Made by a program: the position numbers and the translations under genes
Source: an uncultured delta proteobacterium
GTDB taxonomy: Bacteria; Myxococcota_A; Polyangia; Fen-1088
Assembly (NCBI GenBank): GCA_963737265.1
Contig: CAVTRY010000011.1
Location: 480,001-544,000 of the forward strand
Reading direction: 5' to 3'
Length of the DNA: 64,000 bases
Notes under the pieces: model-generated
Seen by the model: only the letters and a program-made list of their open reading frames with translations
The model's database searches: none
Told to the model about the DNA's origin: nothing
Shown here: one piece after another, positions 1 to 9,019 of the stretch
Layout: every line of letters begins with the position of its first letter
Numbering within the stretch: the stretch's first letter is position 1

Positions 1-1
1 C

Positions 2-664
2 GGTGCGATTCAGGCCAATTTCGAGTACCTCGCTCAGGAATCGGAGGGCCACAGCCCGAAGAAGCGCGAAGACCTCGCCGAATGCGTTCAGGACACGCGC
101 ACGACGTTTCGCGAGCTCGTGCGCAACCTTCGTACCGTCCTCGAATACGAGCGCTTCGAGGCTGGGGATATCGTCATCAAGAAGGGCAAGCTACGACTCT
201 CCGACGTGATCGAAGGCGTGCGGTCTAATCTTGAGCATCTGGCCGCGAATGCCGTCAAGGAAATCGTTTTGGACAGCTCTCTTTACGCGCTGCCGGTGCA
301 AGGAGACGATGTCTACGTCAAGGAGGCCGTGAGCAATCTAACGACCTACATCTTGCGCCAGGCTGATAATCGAACCTGCTTCCTTTGTGCGTCCTCCGAG
401 GGAGGCATTTCCCGTCTGCGCGTTTACGGTGACAGACACAAAATGTTGCCGGAAACCAGGCTGCGCATCTTCGATCCATTCTTGGGCTCCACGGACGAGA
501 AGGCGACCAAAGTGGCACACGGGGTGGGGCTCGCGCTCGCCAAGGCCATCGTCGATGCACACCACGGCTCGATATGGGTGGAGGACAATCCCCAGGCTGG
601 CTCTGGGTTCGTGCTTGAGTTTCCGTCGCATTGGCCAAGCAGGGAGCATCGCTCTTCCGAATGA
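2..664 (+). CDS. Sensor histidine kinase, C-terminal part (5'-truncated by window)
   Basis: Frame open from base 2; HATPase motifs RIFDPF, GVGLALAKAIVDAHHGSIWV, GSGFVLEFP. Confidence 0.85.
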   Translation, partial: GAIQANFEYLAQESEGHSPKKREDLAECVQDTRTTFRELVRNLRTVLEYERFEAGDIVIKKGKLRLSDVIEGVRSNLEHLAANAVKEIVLDSSLYALPVQGDDVYVKEAVSNLTTYILRQADNRTCFLCASSEGGISRLRVYGDRHKMLPETRLRIFDPFLGSTDEKATKVAHGVGLALAKAIVDAHHGSIWVEDNPQAGSGFVLEFPSHWPSREHRSSE

Positions 665-1491
665 AAGCTTTCCGCTGGGTCCAGCCGGCGATGGCGGCCT
701 TCTTCGTGTCGCTGTTCTTGGTCGCGGGCCTGGGCGCTGTTTCGGCCGCGAACAAGGTGGATGCGCTGGCGGGTGCCTTGCTAACAGATCCCAGCTTCAA
801 GGTGCGGACCCAGGCAGCGCTGCTACTCGGCAAGCTGGGGGACAGGGACGCCATCGATTCGCTCGTCAAGGCGCTGGGCGACGACAACAAAACCGTTCGC
901 GCCATGGCCGCCCAGTCGCTCGGTAAGCTTGGCGGAGACAAAGCCACGGTGGCGCTCAAGAGCCTGCTTGAGCGCGAGTCCGACCCCTTCGTGCGCGGCC
1001 AAGCCGAAAAAGCCCTGGCGGCGTTGACATCCGCTCGTCCGGTCGAATCACAGGACGGCAAAGATCGAAAGGTTTACTTGAAGTTTGGTCCATTTACCGG
1101 CGGAAGCAAAGCGGCGGACGCGAACCTGCTGGCGCTGCTCAAGGGGGCGCTCCGGCAGTCGCTCGAGAAGTTGCCGCAAATCGTTGTGGCCGAAAGCGCG
1201 GACGAGAAGAACCTCGGCAAGAACGGTAGGTTGGCCTTCCTCATTGATGGCAACGTGCTGAAACTGGAGGACAGCGCCGCCGGCTCGGGACTCGAGACGA
1301 GCTGCGAGGTCAAGGTCATGGTCGCCCGCTGGCCTTCCAAGAGTGTCATCCTTTGGACCAGCGCGGGCGCCGCGGTCCAAGGAGGCAGCCGAGACCGAGA
1401 CAAGCAAAATGCCCGACGTGATTGCATTGAAGCCTCCGCCGGGCAATTGGGTGACAGCTTGGTGGGTTACTTCAAGTCACAGGGAGGCTAG
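661..1491 (+). CDS. Secreted HEAT-repeat protein
   Basis: Signal peptide; HEAT/PBS-like repeats (DPSFKVRTQAALLLGKL, DDNKTVRAMAAQSLGKL, ESDPFVRGQAEKAL); ATG overlaps upstream stop. Confidence 0.75.
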   Translation: MKAFRWVQPAMAAFFVSLFLVAGLGAVSAANKVDALAGALLTDPSFKVRTQAALLLGKLGDRDAIDSLVKALGDDNKTVRAMAAQSLGKLGGDKATVALKSLLERESDPFVRGQAEKALAALTSARPVESQDGKDRKVYLKFGPFTGGSKAADANLLALLKGALRQSLEKLPQIVVAESADEKNLGKNGRLAFLIDGNVLKLEDSAAGSGLETSCEVKVMVARWPSKSVILWTSAGAAVQGGSRDRDKQNARRDCIEASAGQLGDSLVGYFKSQGG

Positions 1492-1524
1492 AACTCGTAT
1501 GGAACGCGGCATAGGAGCATATCG

Positions 1525-2142
1525 ATGACGAAATTCGAGCGAGCACCGCAGCAAAAGCGAAAGCTGCGCAACTATCTTCTCGATGTTGGACTGCAGCTTC
1601 GCTACACGGTCTTTATCATCGCGGTGGCGGTGTTTCTGACCGCGTTTCTTGGCCACCGCATCTACGTGGCCACGCAGGAAACCACCCGCATCGTCATCAT
1701 GACGGCCTCCGTGGATCCGAGCGTGGAACAGGAGCTGCGCTCGCAGTTCCGCGCCAACGACCGGGTGGTTCTTTGGGGCATCGTCGGGTTTGGCGTCGTT
1801 CTGCTGGTCACGGTCACCGGCGCGGGCATTTGGATGACTCACAAGATCGCCGGGCCCTTGCACAACATCGGCTCGACGTTTGCGCGCGTTCGCGACAACA
1901 AGCTTCCGGCTGACCTCGGCAAACTTCGCAAGGGCGACGAATTGCACGCCTTCCACGCCGGGTTTTGCGAGATGTACGAGGCCATTCGCGGTCGTATCGT
2001 GAAAGACACCGAGGTCCTGGCGCGAGCAATCGCCGCCATCGAGGCCGAGCCATCGCGCTCGGCGGAGCTTGAGCGAACCCTGGAGACTCTGCGCGCGCTT
2101 CACCAAGAGAAGGTTCAGAGCCTGGCGTCGTTGGGACGTTAG
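1525..2142 (+). CDS. Two-TM membrane protein with HAMP-like domain
   Basis: RBS AGGAG; two hydrophobic helices followed by THKIAGPL...LRKGDEL. Confidence 0.7.
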   Translation: MTKFERAPQQKRKLRNYLLDVGLQLRYTVFIIAVAVFLTAFLGHRIYVATQETTRIVIMTASVDPSVEQELRSQFRANDRVVLWGIVGFGVVLLVTVTGAGIWMTHKIAGPLHNIGSTFARVRDNKLPADLGKLRKGDELHAFHAGFCEMYEAIRGRIVKDTEVLARAIAAIEAEPSRSAELERTLETLRALHQEKVQSLASLGR

Positions 2143-2215
2143 GCTCAATCGCCGCGCGCGCGGGCGACTTCTGGTTTTGAGGCGGTTGGGCTAGGTTTGG
2201 CGCGCAGGTGAAGGT

Positions 2216-2243
2216 AGTTGACATAATATCTGTTATCGGACAT
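2216..2243 (-). other. dif: dif-like XerC/XerD recombination site
   Basis: Minus strand ATGTCCGATAA-CAGATA-TTATGTCAACT: 11-6-11 layout, ATAA/TTAT inner palindrome, XerD arm resembles TTATGTTAAAT; AT-rich site between convergent genes. Confidence 0.8.
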
Positions 2244-2268
2244 TCGGGCTTTCAATCGTTCAGGCTTG

Positions 2269-2320
2269 TCAGACCGTCGGCGCGCGACCTTGTCGCTCAG
2301 ACCGTCGGCGCGCGACCTTG
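2269..2320. repeat. 24-bp direct duplication of the gmd 3' end
   Basis: TCAGACCGTCGGCGCGCGACCTTG at 2269-2292 and 2297-2320. Confidence 0.9.
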
Positions 2321-3301
2321 AAGCGACGAACGAACGTCAGCTTCGTCGGACCTGACCATCATCTCGATGAGCTCCTTGAAGCGCACGCGCGGCTTCCAGC
2401 CGAGCTTCGCGGCCGCCTTGCTGGCGTCGCCGCACAGGTGGTCGACCTCGGTCGGACGATAGTAGCGGGGATCGATCTCGACGAATTTCTTCCAGTCGAG
2501 GCCCAAGGTTCCGAACGCCACGTCGAGCGCCTCGCGCACCGAATGCGCCTCGCCGGTGGCGACGACGTAGTCGTCCGGCTTTTCCTGCTGCAGCATCAGC
2601 CACATGGCTTCGACGTAATCGCCGGCAAAGCCCCAGTCGCGTTTCGCGTCCAGGTTGCCGAGGTACAGCTTCTTGTCGAGGCCGTGGCTGATGCGCGCCG
2701 CAGCCCGGGTGATCTTGCGCGTGACGAACGGGATGCCGCGGCGGGGAGATTCGTGATTAAAGAGAATGCCACTGCAGATGAACATGCCGTAGGCCTCGCG
2801 GTAGTTCTCGCACAAGTGATGGGCGAAAACCTTGGCACATGCGTACGGACTGCGCGGGCGAAACAGTGTGCTTTCGTGTTGCGGCGGCGCCGAACCTCCG
2901 AACATCTCGCTCGACGACGCCTGGTACAGTTTGCACTTGTGTCCGGTTTCGCGCAGGGTCTCAAGCAAGCGCAGCGTTCCCAGCGCGACGGTGTCGGCGG
3001 TGTACTCCGGTACATCGAAGCTGACGCGAACGTGGCTTTGCGCGCCCAGGTTGTAGATTTCGTCGGGCGCCGTCGTCCGGATAAGGTGGTTAAGCGAGCT
3101 GGCATCTTCGAGGTCGCCGAAGACCAGCCGGAAGCGATAGTCGCTGGCGTGCGGATCCTGATAGATGCCCTCGATGCGATCGGTGTTGAAGGAGCTCGAC
3201 CGGCGCACCATGCCGATGACCTCGTAGCCCTTCTTGAGCAACCACTCCGCCAGATACGATCCATCCTGTCCGGTAACCCCGGTGATCAACGCACGCTTCA
3301 T
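2297..3301 (-). CDS. gmd: GDP-mannose 4,6-dehydratase
   Basis: [49 protein letters not shown]. Confidence 0.97.
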   Translation of the reverse strand: MKRALITGVTGQDGSYLAEWLLKKGYEVIGMVRRSSSFNTDRIEGIYQDPHASDYRFRLVFGDLEDASSLNHLIRTTAPDEIYNLGAQSHVRVSFDVPEYTADTVALGTLRLLETLRETGHKCKLYQASSSEMFGGSAPPQHESTLFRPRSPYACAKVFAHHLCENYREAYGMFICSGILFNHESPRRGIPFVTRKITRAAARISHGLDKKLYLGNLDAKRDWGFAGDYVEAMWLMLQQEKPDDYVVATGEAHSVREALDVAFGTLGLDWKKFVEIDPRYYRPTEVDHLCGDASKAAAKLGWKPRVRFKELIEMMVRSDEADVRSSLQGRAPTV

Positions 3302-4254
3302 AGCTCTCCCTGTTTGTGGTGTTCTTCGAAATACGCGATGGTCGCACGCAAGCCGTCGGCAAACGATGTCTTGGCCACGAAGCCAAAGCGCTCACGCGCG
3401 CGTGTCACGTCGAGGCGCCGGCGTGGCTGCCCGTTGGGCTGGCTCTTGTCCCAGCGCAACTGACCGCGAAACCCGGTCTGCTCGGCGATGAGCGTGGCCA
3501 GGTCGCGAATGGAAATTTCTTCGCCGGTGCCGAGATTCACCGGATCGCTGGCATCGTAGCTGGCGGCGGCCATCACCAATCCGACGGCGGCATCGCCCGC
3601 GTATAGGAATTCGCGCGTCGGCGATCCGTCTCCCCACAGGACGATTTGGTCGCTGCCCGCGTCGCGCGCTTCCACGCATTTGCGAATCAGCGCCGGGATC
3701 ACGTGAGACGACTTGGGATCGAAGTTGTCGCGCGGGCCGTAAAGGTTCACGGGAAAAAGCACCACGCTGTTCATTCCGTACTGCTCGCGGTAGCCCTGCG
3801 ACAGCACCAGCATCATCTTCTTGGCGATGCCGTAGGGCGCGTTGGTCTCCTCAGGATAGCCATTCCACAGGTCGTCCTCGCGGAACGGCAACGGCGCGAA
3901 TTTGGGGTAAGCACAGATGGTTCCCACCGCCACCAACTTCTTCACCGCGGACAGCCGGCACTCTTCGAAGACGTTCAGACCCATCGCCGCGTTCTCGAAC
4001 ATGAAGCGGCCGGGGTTCTCGCGATTGGCACCGATGCCGCCCACGCGCGCCGCCAGGTGGAAAACCAAATCCGGCTTGGTGTCCGCGAGAAGACGTCGGC
4101 ACGCCAGCCGGTCGACCAGGTCGACGTCGCGGCTGCGCGGCGAAACGATGTCGGTCGCTCCGCGCCTGCGTAGCTCTTCGCCGACAAAGCTACCGAGAAA
4201 GCCAGCACCGCCGGTCACGAGAATTCGGGATTTGGAAAAGTCGATGGCGCTCAC
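3298..4254 (-). CDS. fcl: GDP-L-fucose synthase
   Basis: [44 protein letters not shown]; coupled to gmd. Confidence 0.95.
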   Translation of the reverse strand: MSAIDFSKSRILVTGGAGFLGSFVGEELRRRGATDIVSPRSRDVDLVDRLACRRLLADTKPDLVFHLAARVGGIGANRENPGRFMFENAAMGLNVFEECRLSAVKKLVAVGTICAYPKFAPLPFREDDLWNGYPEETNAPYGIAKKMMLVLSQGYREQYGMNSVVLFPVNLYGPRDNFDPKSSHVIPALIRKCVEARDAGSDQIVLWGDGSPTREFLYAGDAAVGLVMAAASYDASDPVNLGTGEEISIRDLATLIAEQTGFRGQLRWDKSQPNGQPRRRLDVTRARERFGFVAKTSFADGLRATIAYFEEHHKQGEL

Positions 4255-4311
4255 TCGGCTGTCATAGCGCAGGTGGCCCGCTTCTGGCCAGTTTGCAATC
4301 TGCCCGACGGC

Positions 4312-5502
4312 TCACTTGGCCGTCTGGGCAAAGGCGTCGCGCAGGGTTCGTTTGCCGGCCGCCACTTGCGCCGCGAAGGCCGTCAGCTCGGCCAAGGTGC
4401 GATTCGTGTCCTCGGGCCGCATCGAGCTTCCGCCCGGCTGGATGGTGCCACCGTAGGTCGTCACCACAAAAATGCGGATGACTTCGGCGCGCTCGGCGGG
4501 AAACATGCCGCCATAGAGTTCCACGAGGTCGACGATGTCCTTGGGCGCCTTTCCGCGCAGCGCCGCGCTGGCCCAGGCGCCGAGCAGCTTGGCCTGGAAG
4601 TTACGAAAGGTGCCCAAAATGGCCGCCGGGCTTATTCCCGGTGGCATGCGGTTGGCGGCAAACGGAGCGTAGAACGCCTCCGGCGCCACGCGCGGACCCA
4701 CCGCGCGCGATTGGGCCATGCGGTACAGGATGGTCGCAGCCACGCCGGGCGATGCCACCAGCTCGCTCGCCGGTTGCAACATTCCACCGTTGAGAACGAA
4801 GTGATTCTCGCGCACGTCTGCAAACAGCGCGCGCTGCTCGGAGGTTCCTTCGTCGAGCTGAATCACGCCGGCCGGACCCGACGTGAAACGCCATTCCCGC
4901 GCGATCACCTCCATGGCCATGCGGTAGCCGTCAACCAAGGCTTTCGGCGGCGCCGGGGCCGCATCGAGCAAGCCCGCGCTGGCGACCAGATGGGCGGCGT
5001 ATGCGGCGAAGCGAGACGCCAGGGTCTGAACCAATGCCTTGTCGCGCGCGGGATCGAATGTGATGCCGAACCAAGGCAGGGTCGGACGAACCGTGGAAGA
5101 CCCGAAGCTACCCGCAACGGCCAATCCGCGAGCGTAGGGTGTCTGGTCGACACCGACGACCAGGCAGACCGGCGCGCTGGCGTTGGCCCGCGCCAACTCG
5201 GAGAAACGCTGGCCGTCCACCGTGGCGTCGCGAATGAATTGTCCTGCCAGATACACCGTGCGCAGCATCTCCGAGGCAAAGCCGGCCTCCAGCAGTCCTG
5301 GCACCGGCTGAACCGCTTCGGTCTTGACGTTGGCGGTTCGCACCGCCAGCGGTTCGCCCGGCTTGGCGGCGGCGCCGTTCGGGACGAAAAGGACATACGA
5401 ATCCGGCGGCGCGATCGGTTTGTTGGGATTCGCATGGCAGCCGGCCAGCCCAGCGATGAAGCAGGCAAATACCAGGACGGGCGACCGATGGAATCTCGAC
5501 AT
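4312..5502 (-). CDS. Hypothetical lipoprotein
   Basis: Lipobox-like FIAGLAGC; long ORF; TAAAGT 7 nt upstream of ATG. Confidence 0.6.
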   Translation of the reverse strand: MSRFHRSPVLVFACFIAGLAGCHANPNKPIAPPDSYVLFVPNGAAAKPGEPLAVRTANVKTEAVQPVPGLLEAGFASEMLRTVYLAGQFIRDATVDGQRFSELARANASAPVCLVVGVDQTPYARGLAVAGSFGSSTVRPTLPWFGITFDPARDKALVQTLASRFAAYAAHLVASAGLLDAAPAPPKALVDGYRMAMEVIAREWRFTSGPAGVIQLDEGTSEQRALFADVRENHFVLNGGMLQPASELVASPGVAATILYRMAQSRAVGPRVAPEAFYAPFAANRMPPGISPAAILGTFRNFQAKLLGAWASAALRGKAPKDIVDLVELYGGMFPAERAEVIRIFVVTTYGGTIQPGGSSMRPEDTNRTLAELTAFAAQVAAGKRTLRDAFAQTAK

Positions 5503-5608
5503 GTACAGCACTTTACCATCGCCGCAACTTCCGCGCGGCGATGCCGATAAGACGGCATGCGCACCTGGATCTTTTTCGCATTCGCGGCGGCTCTCGGCCT
5601 ACCCTGCA

Positions 5609-6508
5609 ATGATGTTCAAGCACAGATGGTTGGCGAAGCTAGCCATCGCGACATCCCTGTGCTCGCTGCTTGCCTGCGCTCGGTTCGACAAGCCCACGTC
5701 GCCGACATCGCAAGGGGCGAAGCTCCACGTCGATTTCCTGGATGTGGGGCACGGCGACGCCGCGCTCATCACCTCTCCCACCGGAAAAACCGTTCTCATC
5801 GATGGTGGCTTGGAGGAGGCATCCCCAAGCATCGTCTCGTTTCTGCGCGGTCGGAACGCCTGCCCGCTCGACCTGATCCTGCTGACCCATCGTCACGCCG
5901 ACCATCTGGGCGGCCTGGTGCATGTCATCGAGTGGTGCGGCACGCGCCTGTACCTAGACGCGCCCTACCCCCACGACAGCGCCATCTACGCCAAGCTCCT
6001 GCGCGCCATCGAGAGCCATCACGTGCCAGTTCGCCAGGCGGAACGCGGGCGCAGCATCGAGCTCGGGGATGGCGCTCGGCTGTTGCTCCTCGGGCCGCCC
6101 TCGCCCTTTATCGGAGATACGGAGGGCGTGAATGCCAACAGCGTTGTCAGCCGCCTCGACTACGGCAAGGGCAGCGTGCTGTTCGCGGCGGATGCGGAGG
6201 AACTGGCCGAGAAGTGGCTGCTCGGCAGCGGGGCGGAGTTGCGCGCCTCGATCCTGAAGGTCGGGCATCATGGCGGCGGGCGGTCGTCCACCCTGAGGTT
6301 TCTGCAAGCGGTCGCGCCCAAAGTGGCGGTCGTCAGCACCGCCCCTGGCGATCCCAAGCATCCCCATCCCGACACCCTGGACCGGCTGGCGCAAGTCGGG
6401 GCGCGGGTCTTCCGCACCGACCTCGACGGGACGATTGCGGTCGATCTCGACGGCGCATCGGTCAGTGTGCACAGTCGAACGCGCACGGAGGCATTCAAGA
6501 CGCCATGA
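5609..6508 (+). CDS. ComEC/Rec2-type metallo-beta-lactamase-fold hydrolase, lipoprotein
   Basis: FLDVGHGDA, THRHADHLGG, NANSVV, LKVGHHGG, HPHP, RTDLDGTI. Confidence 0.9.
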   Translation: MMFKHRWLAKLAIATSLCSLLACARFDKPTSPTSQGAKLHVDFLDVGHGDAALITSPTGKTVLIDGGLEEASPSIVSFLRGRNACPLDLILLTHRHADHLGGLVHVIEWCGTRLYLDAPYPHDSAIYAKLLRAIESHHVPVRQAERGRSIELGDGARLLLLGPPSPFIGDTEGVNANSVVSRLDYGKGSVLFAADAEELAEKWLLGSGAELRASILKVGHHGGGRSSTLRFLQAVAPKVAVVSTAPGDPKHPHPDTLDRLAQVGARVFRTDLDGTIAVDLDGASVSVHSRTRTEAFKTP

Positions 6509-6753
6509 CAACGAGGAAGCCCGCCGCGAAAGTCAGCACATTGTTCATCGACGAAATAGACGACGACATCGCCAGACTGCTGCTCGGCGACCGCAGCTTC
6601 GCGGTGCCGCGCTCTCTCCTGCCCGAAGACGCCCGCGAGGGCCAGTGGCTTGAGCTATCGGTGGTTCACACGTCGGCGCCCCCCGGCGATGACAGCGCCG
6701 CCCGACGCGCGCGCCTGGGAGCCGATGACCCCGGCGGCAAAATCAAGCTATGA
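6505..6753 (+). CDS. DUF3006-like small protein
   Basis: IDEIDDDIARLL...PRSLLPEDAREGQWL; overlaps MBL stop, a usual pairing. Confidence 0.7.
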   Translation: MTTRKPAAKVSTLFIDEIDDDIARLLLGDRSFAVPRSLLPEDAREGQWLELSVVHTSAPPGDDSAARRARLGADDPGGKIKL

Positions 6754-7363
6754 TCCATGTACCCGCCGCGCCGCCTTGGCCGACCTAGCGAGCCGCCTCT
6801 GCGCATCCGAGGATGGATCTCTGCCACGAAAAAGACGATCTGAGATCGTGTCGGGAAATTTGGGACCTGCAGCTCGAAGGTGGGAGCTTCCGGGGAGTCC
6901 GTGTCTTCCGGGCGCTCACTAGCAGTTAGAGCGTGTCGGGAAGTTGCGGGCTGCCCGAAGTGCCGGCCGGCGGATCGCGGCTGCCGGCTCGCGAGAACGT
7001 GAGGGTGAGCGAGTTCGTGGGCGGTGCGCGGGAGGCGGAAAGCGCAGCGCGAGAGCGCGAGCGCTCCGCGAGTCGCGGGCCGCGCACGCTTACTCGAGCC
7101 GGCCACGCTGGCCGCGACACGCTGCGGGCGCTCACGCAACCGCGACCGCTCACGCTCGCCGATCCGCGCTGAACTGGAAGGCCGCTCGCCCATCTGGGCC
7201 AGCCGGGCCTCGCACGCCTCGCCACGAGTGCAGCGGAAGCGGCACAGTCGGTCGGCGCCTTGGCGACTGGAGGCCTCCGTATAACCTGAAGACGCTCCAC
7301 GGTCGCGCAAAACGTAAGGCCGCGGAGCCGGCGGTGCCACCCGCACCGGCTAAATAGCGGGAA

Positions 7364-7406
7364 TGAAGAAGGCCGGCGGTGACAGGCGAGCGCCGCTGGC
7401 CTTTTC
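7364..7406. terminator. GC-rich stem-loop, possible terminator
   Basis: GAAGGCCGGCGG...CCGCTGGCCTTTTC inverted repeat ending in a T-run. Confidence 0.4.
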
Positions 7407-7488
7407 GACGTTGTCTTGGCCCGCTTCGGGCTTAGATTAGGATACCGTCGTGGATCCGAATTGTCCTGCCCTTCGAATCACGCATAGG

Positions 7489-9019
7489 ATGGCGCTACGT
7501 ATTTGATTGGTCCCTCGCTTGGGCCTGATTCGCGAGATCGAAGCCAAGACGGGTGGGAAACTCACCGAGGCGGGCCGGCACTATCGGCTGATCCGGGACA
7601 TCGACTTCGAGAAATTCCCCGAGCGCAACTACTACCACGTGGTCCGCCAGGATGAGGCCAAGCAGATCCTGGACGCGCTGGCCAAGCAGCCTGGCACGTC
7701 GACGAAATTGGCCGAGCTTCTCGTCAAGGCGCGCGACCAGGTCACGCGCGACTGGCACGCGCTCACCGAGCCCGACGGTCTCATCCTTCTTCGCCGGGCG
7801 CCGGTTCGAGCGCGCGCCCGAGAAGGACACGGGACCGGCCATCACGCCGTCGCAGATGCGCAAATTGATGGAGGAGGCTGCCTTGGAAGTTTTGGCGGTG
7901 GATCTGGACAAGACGCCGCAGGAAGGGCTGGCATATCGAATCAAGGCGCCCGACGGAAACGTGGCCACCGGCAAGCTGGACAAGGAAGGCCGGACGCGCG
8001 TGAGGTCGTCCTCGCCTGGCATCTTCACCGTCGCCTTCCCCGATCTAGACGGCGCGGACTGGGATGGTGACGGCGCGATGGACCTGCCACCGGAAGAGAC
8101 GCGCGCCGACGCCAGCCGTCACAAGGTCGCGCAGGGCGAGCGTCTAGCCACCATTGCCGGCCAATACGGTTTCGCGTGCTGGCAGACCATTTGGAATTTC
8201 AAGGGCAACCAGGAGCTCAAGGACCTGCGCGAAGATCCCAACGTGCTCTTCCCCGGCGACGAAGTCGTCATTCCCACCAAGCTCAAGCGCGACGCCGAAG
8301 TGCCGGGCGGCACGGCGACCTACGTGGTGAAGCGGGGCAAGGAAGTGCTGCGAGTGTGCTTCCCCGTGGGCTGGGGCTGGGACGACGATCCGGTCTCGTA
8401 CACGGCCAAACCCGACACCGGCGGGCCGGACCTCACTGGGCCGCTCGATTCCGAAGGCTGGATGGAAATCGCCCTGCCGCCAGACACCAGCCAAGTCGAC
8501 GTTGCGCTGTGGACCGGCGATCCCGACAATCCCATCGTCAGCTATGCCCTGCGCGTGGGCGAGATGGATCCCATCGACGAGGTCACTGGCGTGCAGGCCA
8601 GACTGGCCAATCTCGGCTACTACGACGGCGCCATCGACGGCGACACGAAGAAGGTGACCGCCGCCGCCATCGCCCAGTTCCGCCGCGAGCAAGGCCTGCC
8701 AATGGGCGACCAAGTCGACGATGACTTGCTCAACGCCCTGAATGGCATGCACGGCGCCGACGAGTCGCCCGTTGACACCGAGGCGGATCAGACATTTACA
8801 GACGACGATTCCGCGGATGACGAAAGTACCGACGCCACGGAGGGCGAAGCCGCCGAACCGGCGCAAGAAGGCGATGACGATGGCCAGGATGATGAGCAGG
8901 ACGACGAATGGATCGAGGACGACGAATGGGACGGCGACTGGGAAGAGGAAGATGAAGACGGCGATAGCGACCAGGAAGACGCCGTCGAGGATTCGTCTGA
9001 CAGCTCGCCGCGGGAGTAG
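7489..9019 (+). CDS. Multi-domain protein: TTR/carboxypeptidase-regulatory-like + LysM + PG-binding domain + acidic tail (5' part frameshifted)
   Basis: YRIKAPDGNVATGKLDKEGRTRV...AFPDLD; LysM HKVAQGERLATIAGQYG...DPNVLFPGDEVVIP; PG_binding GVQARLANLGYYDGAIDG...AAIAQFRREQGL; ORFs 7507 and 7652 appear to join near 7800. Confidence 0.7.
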
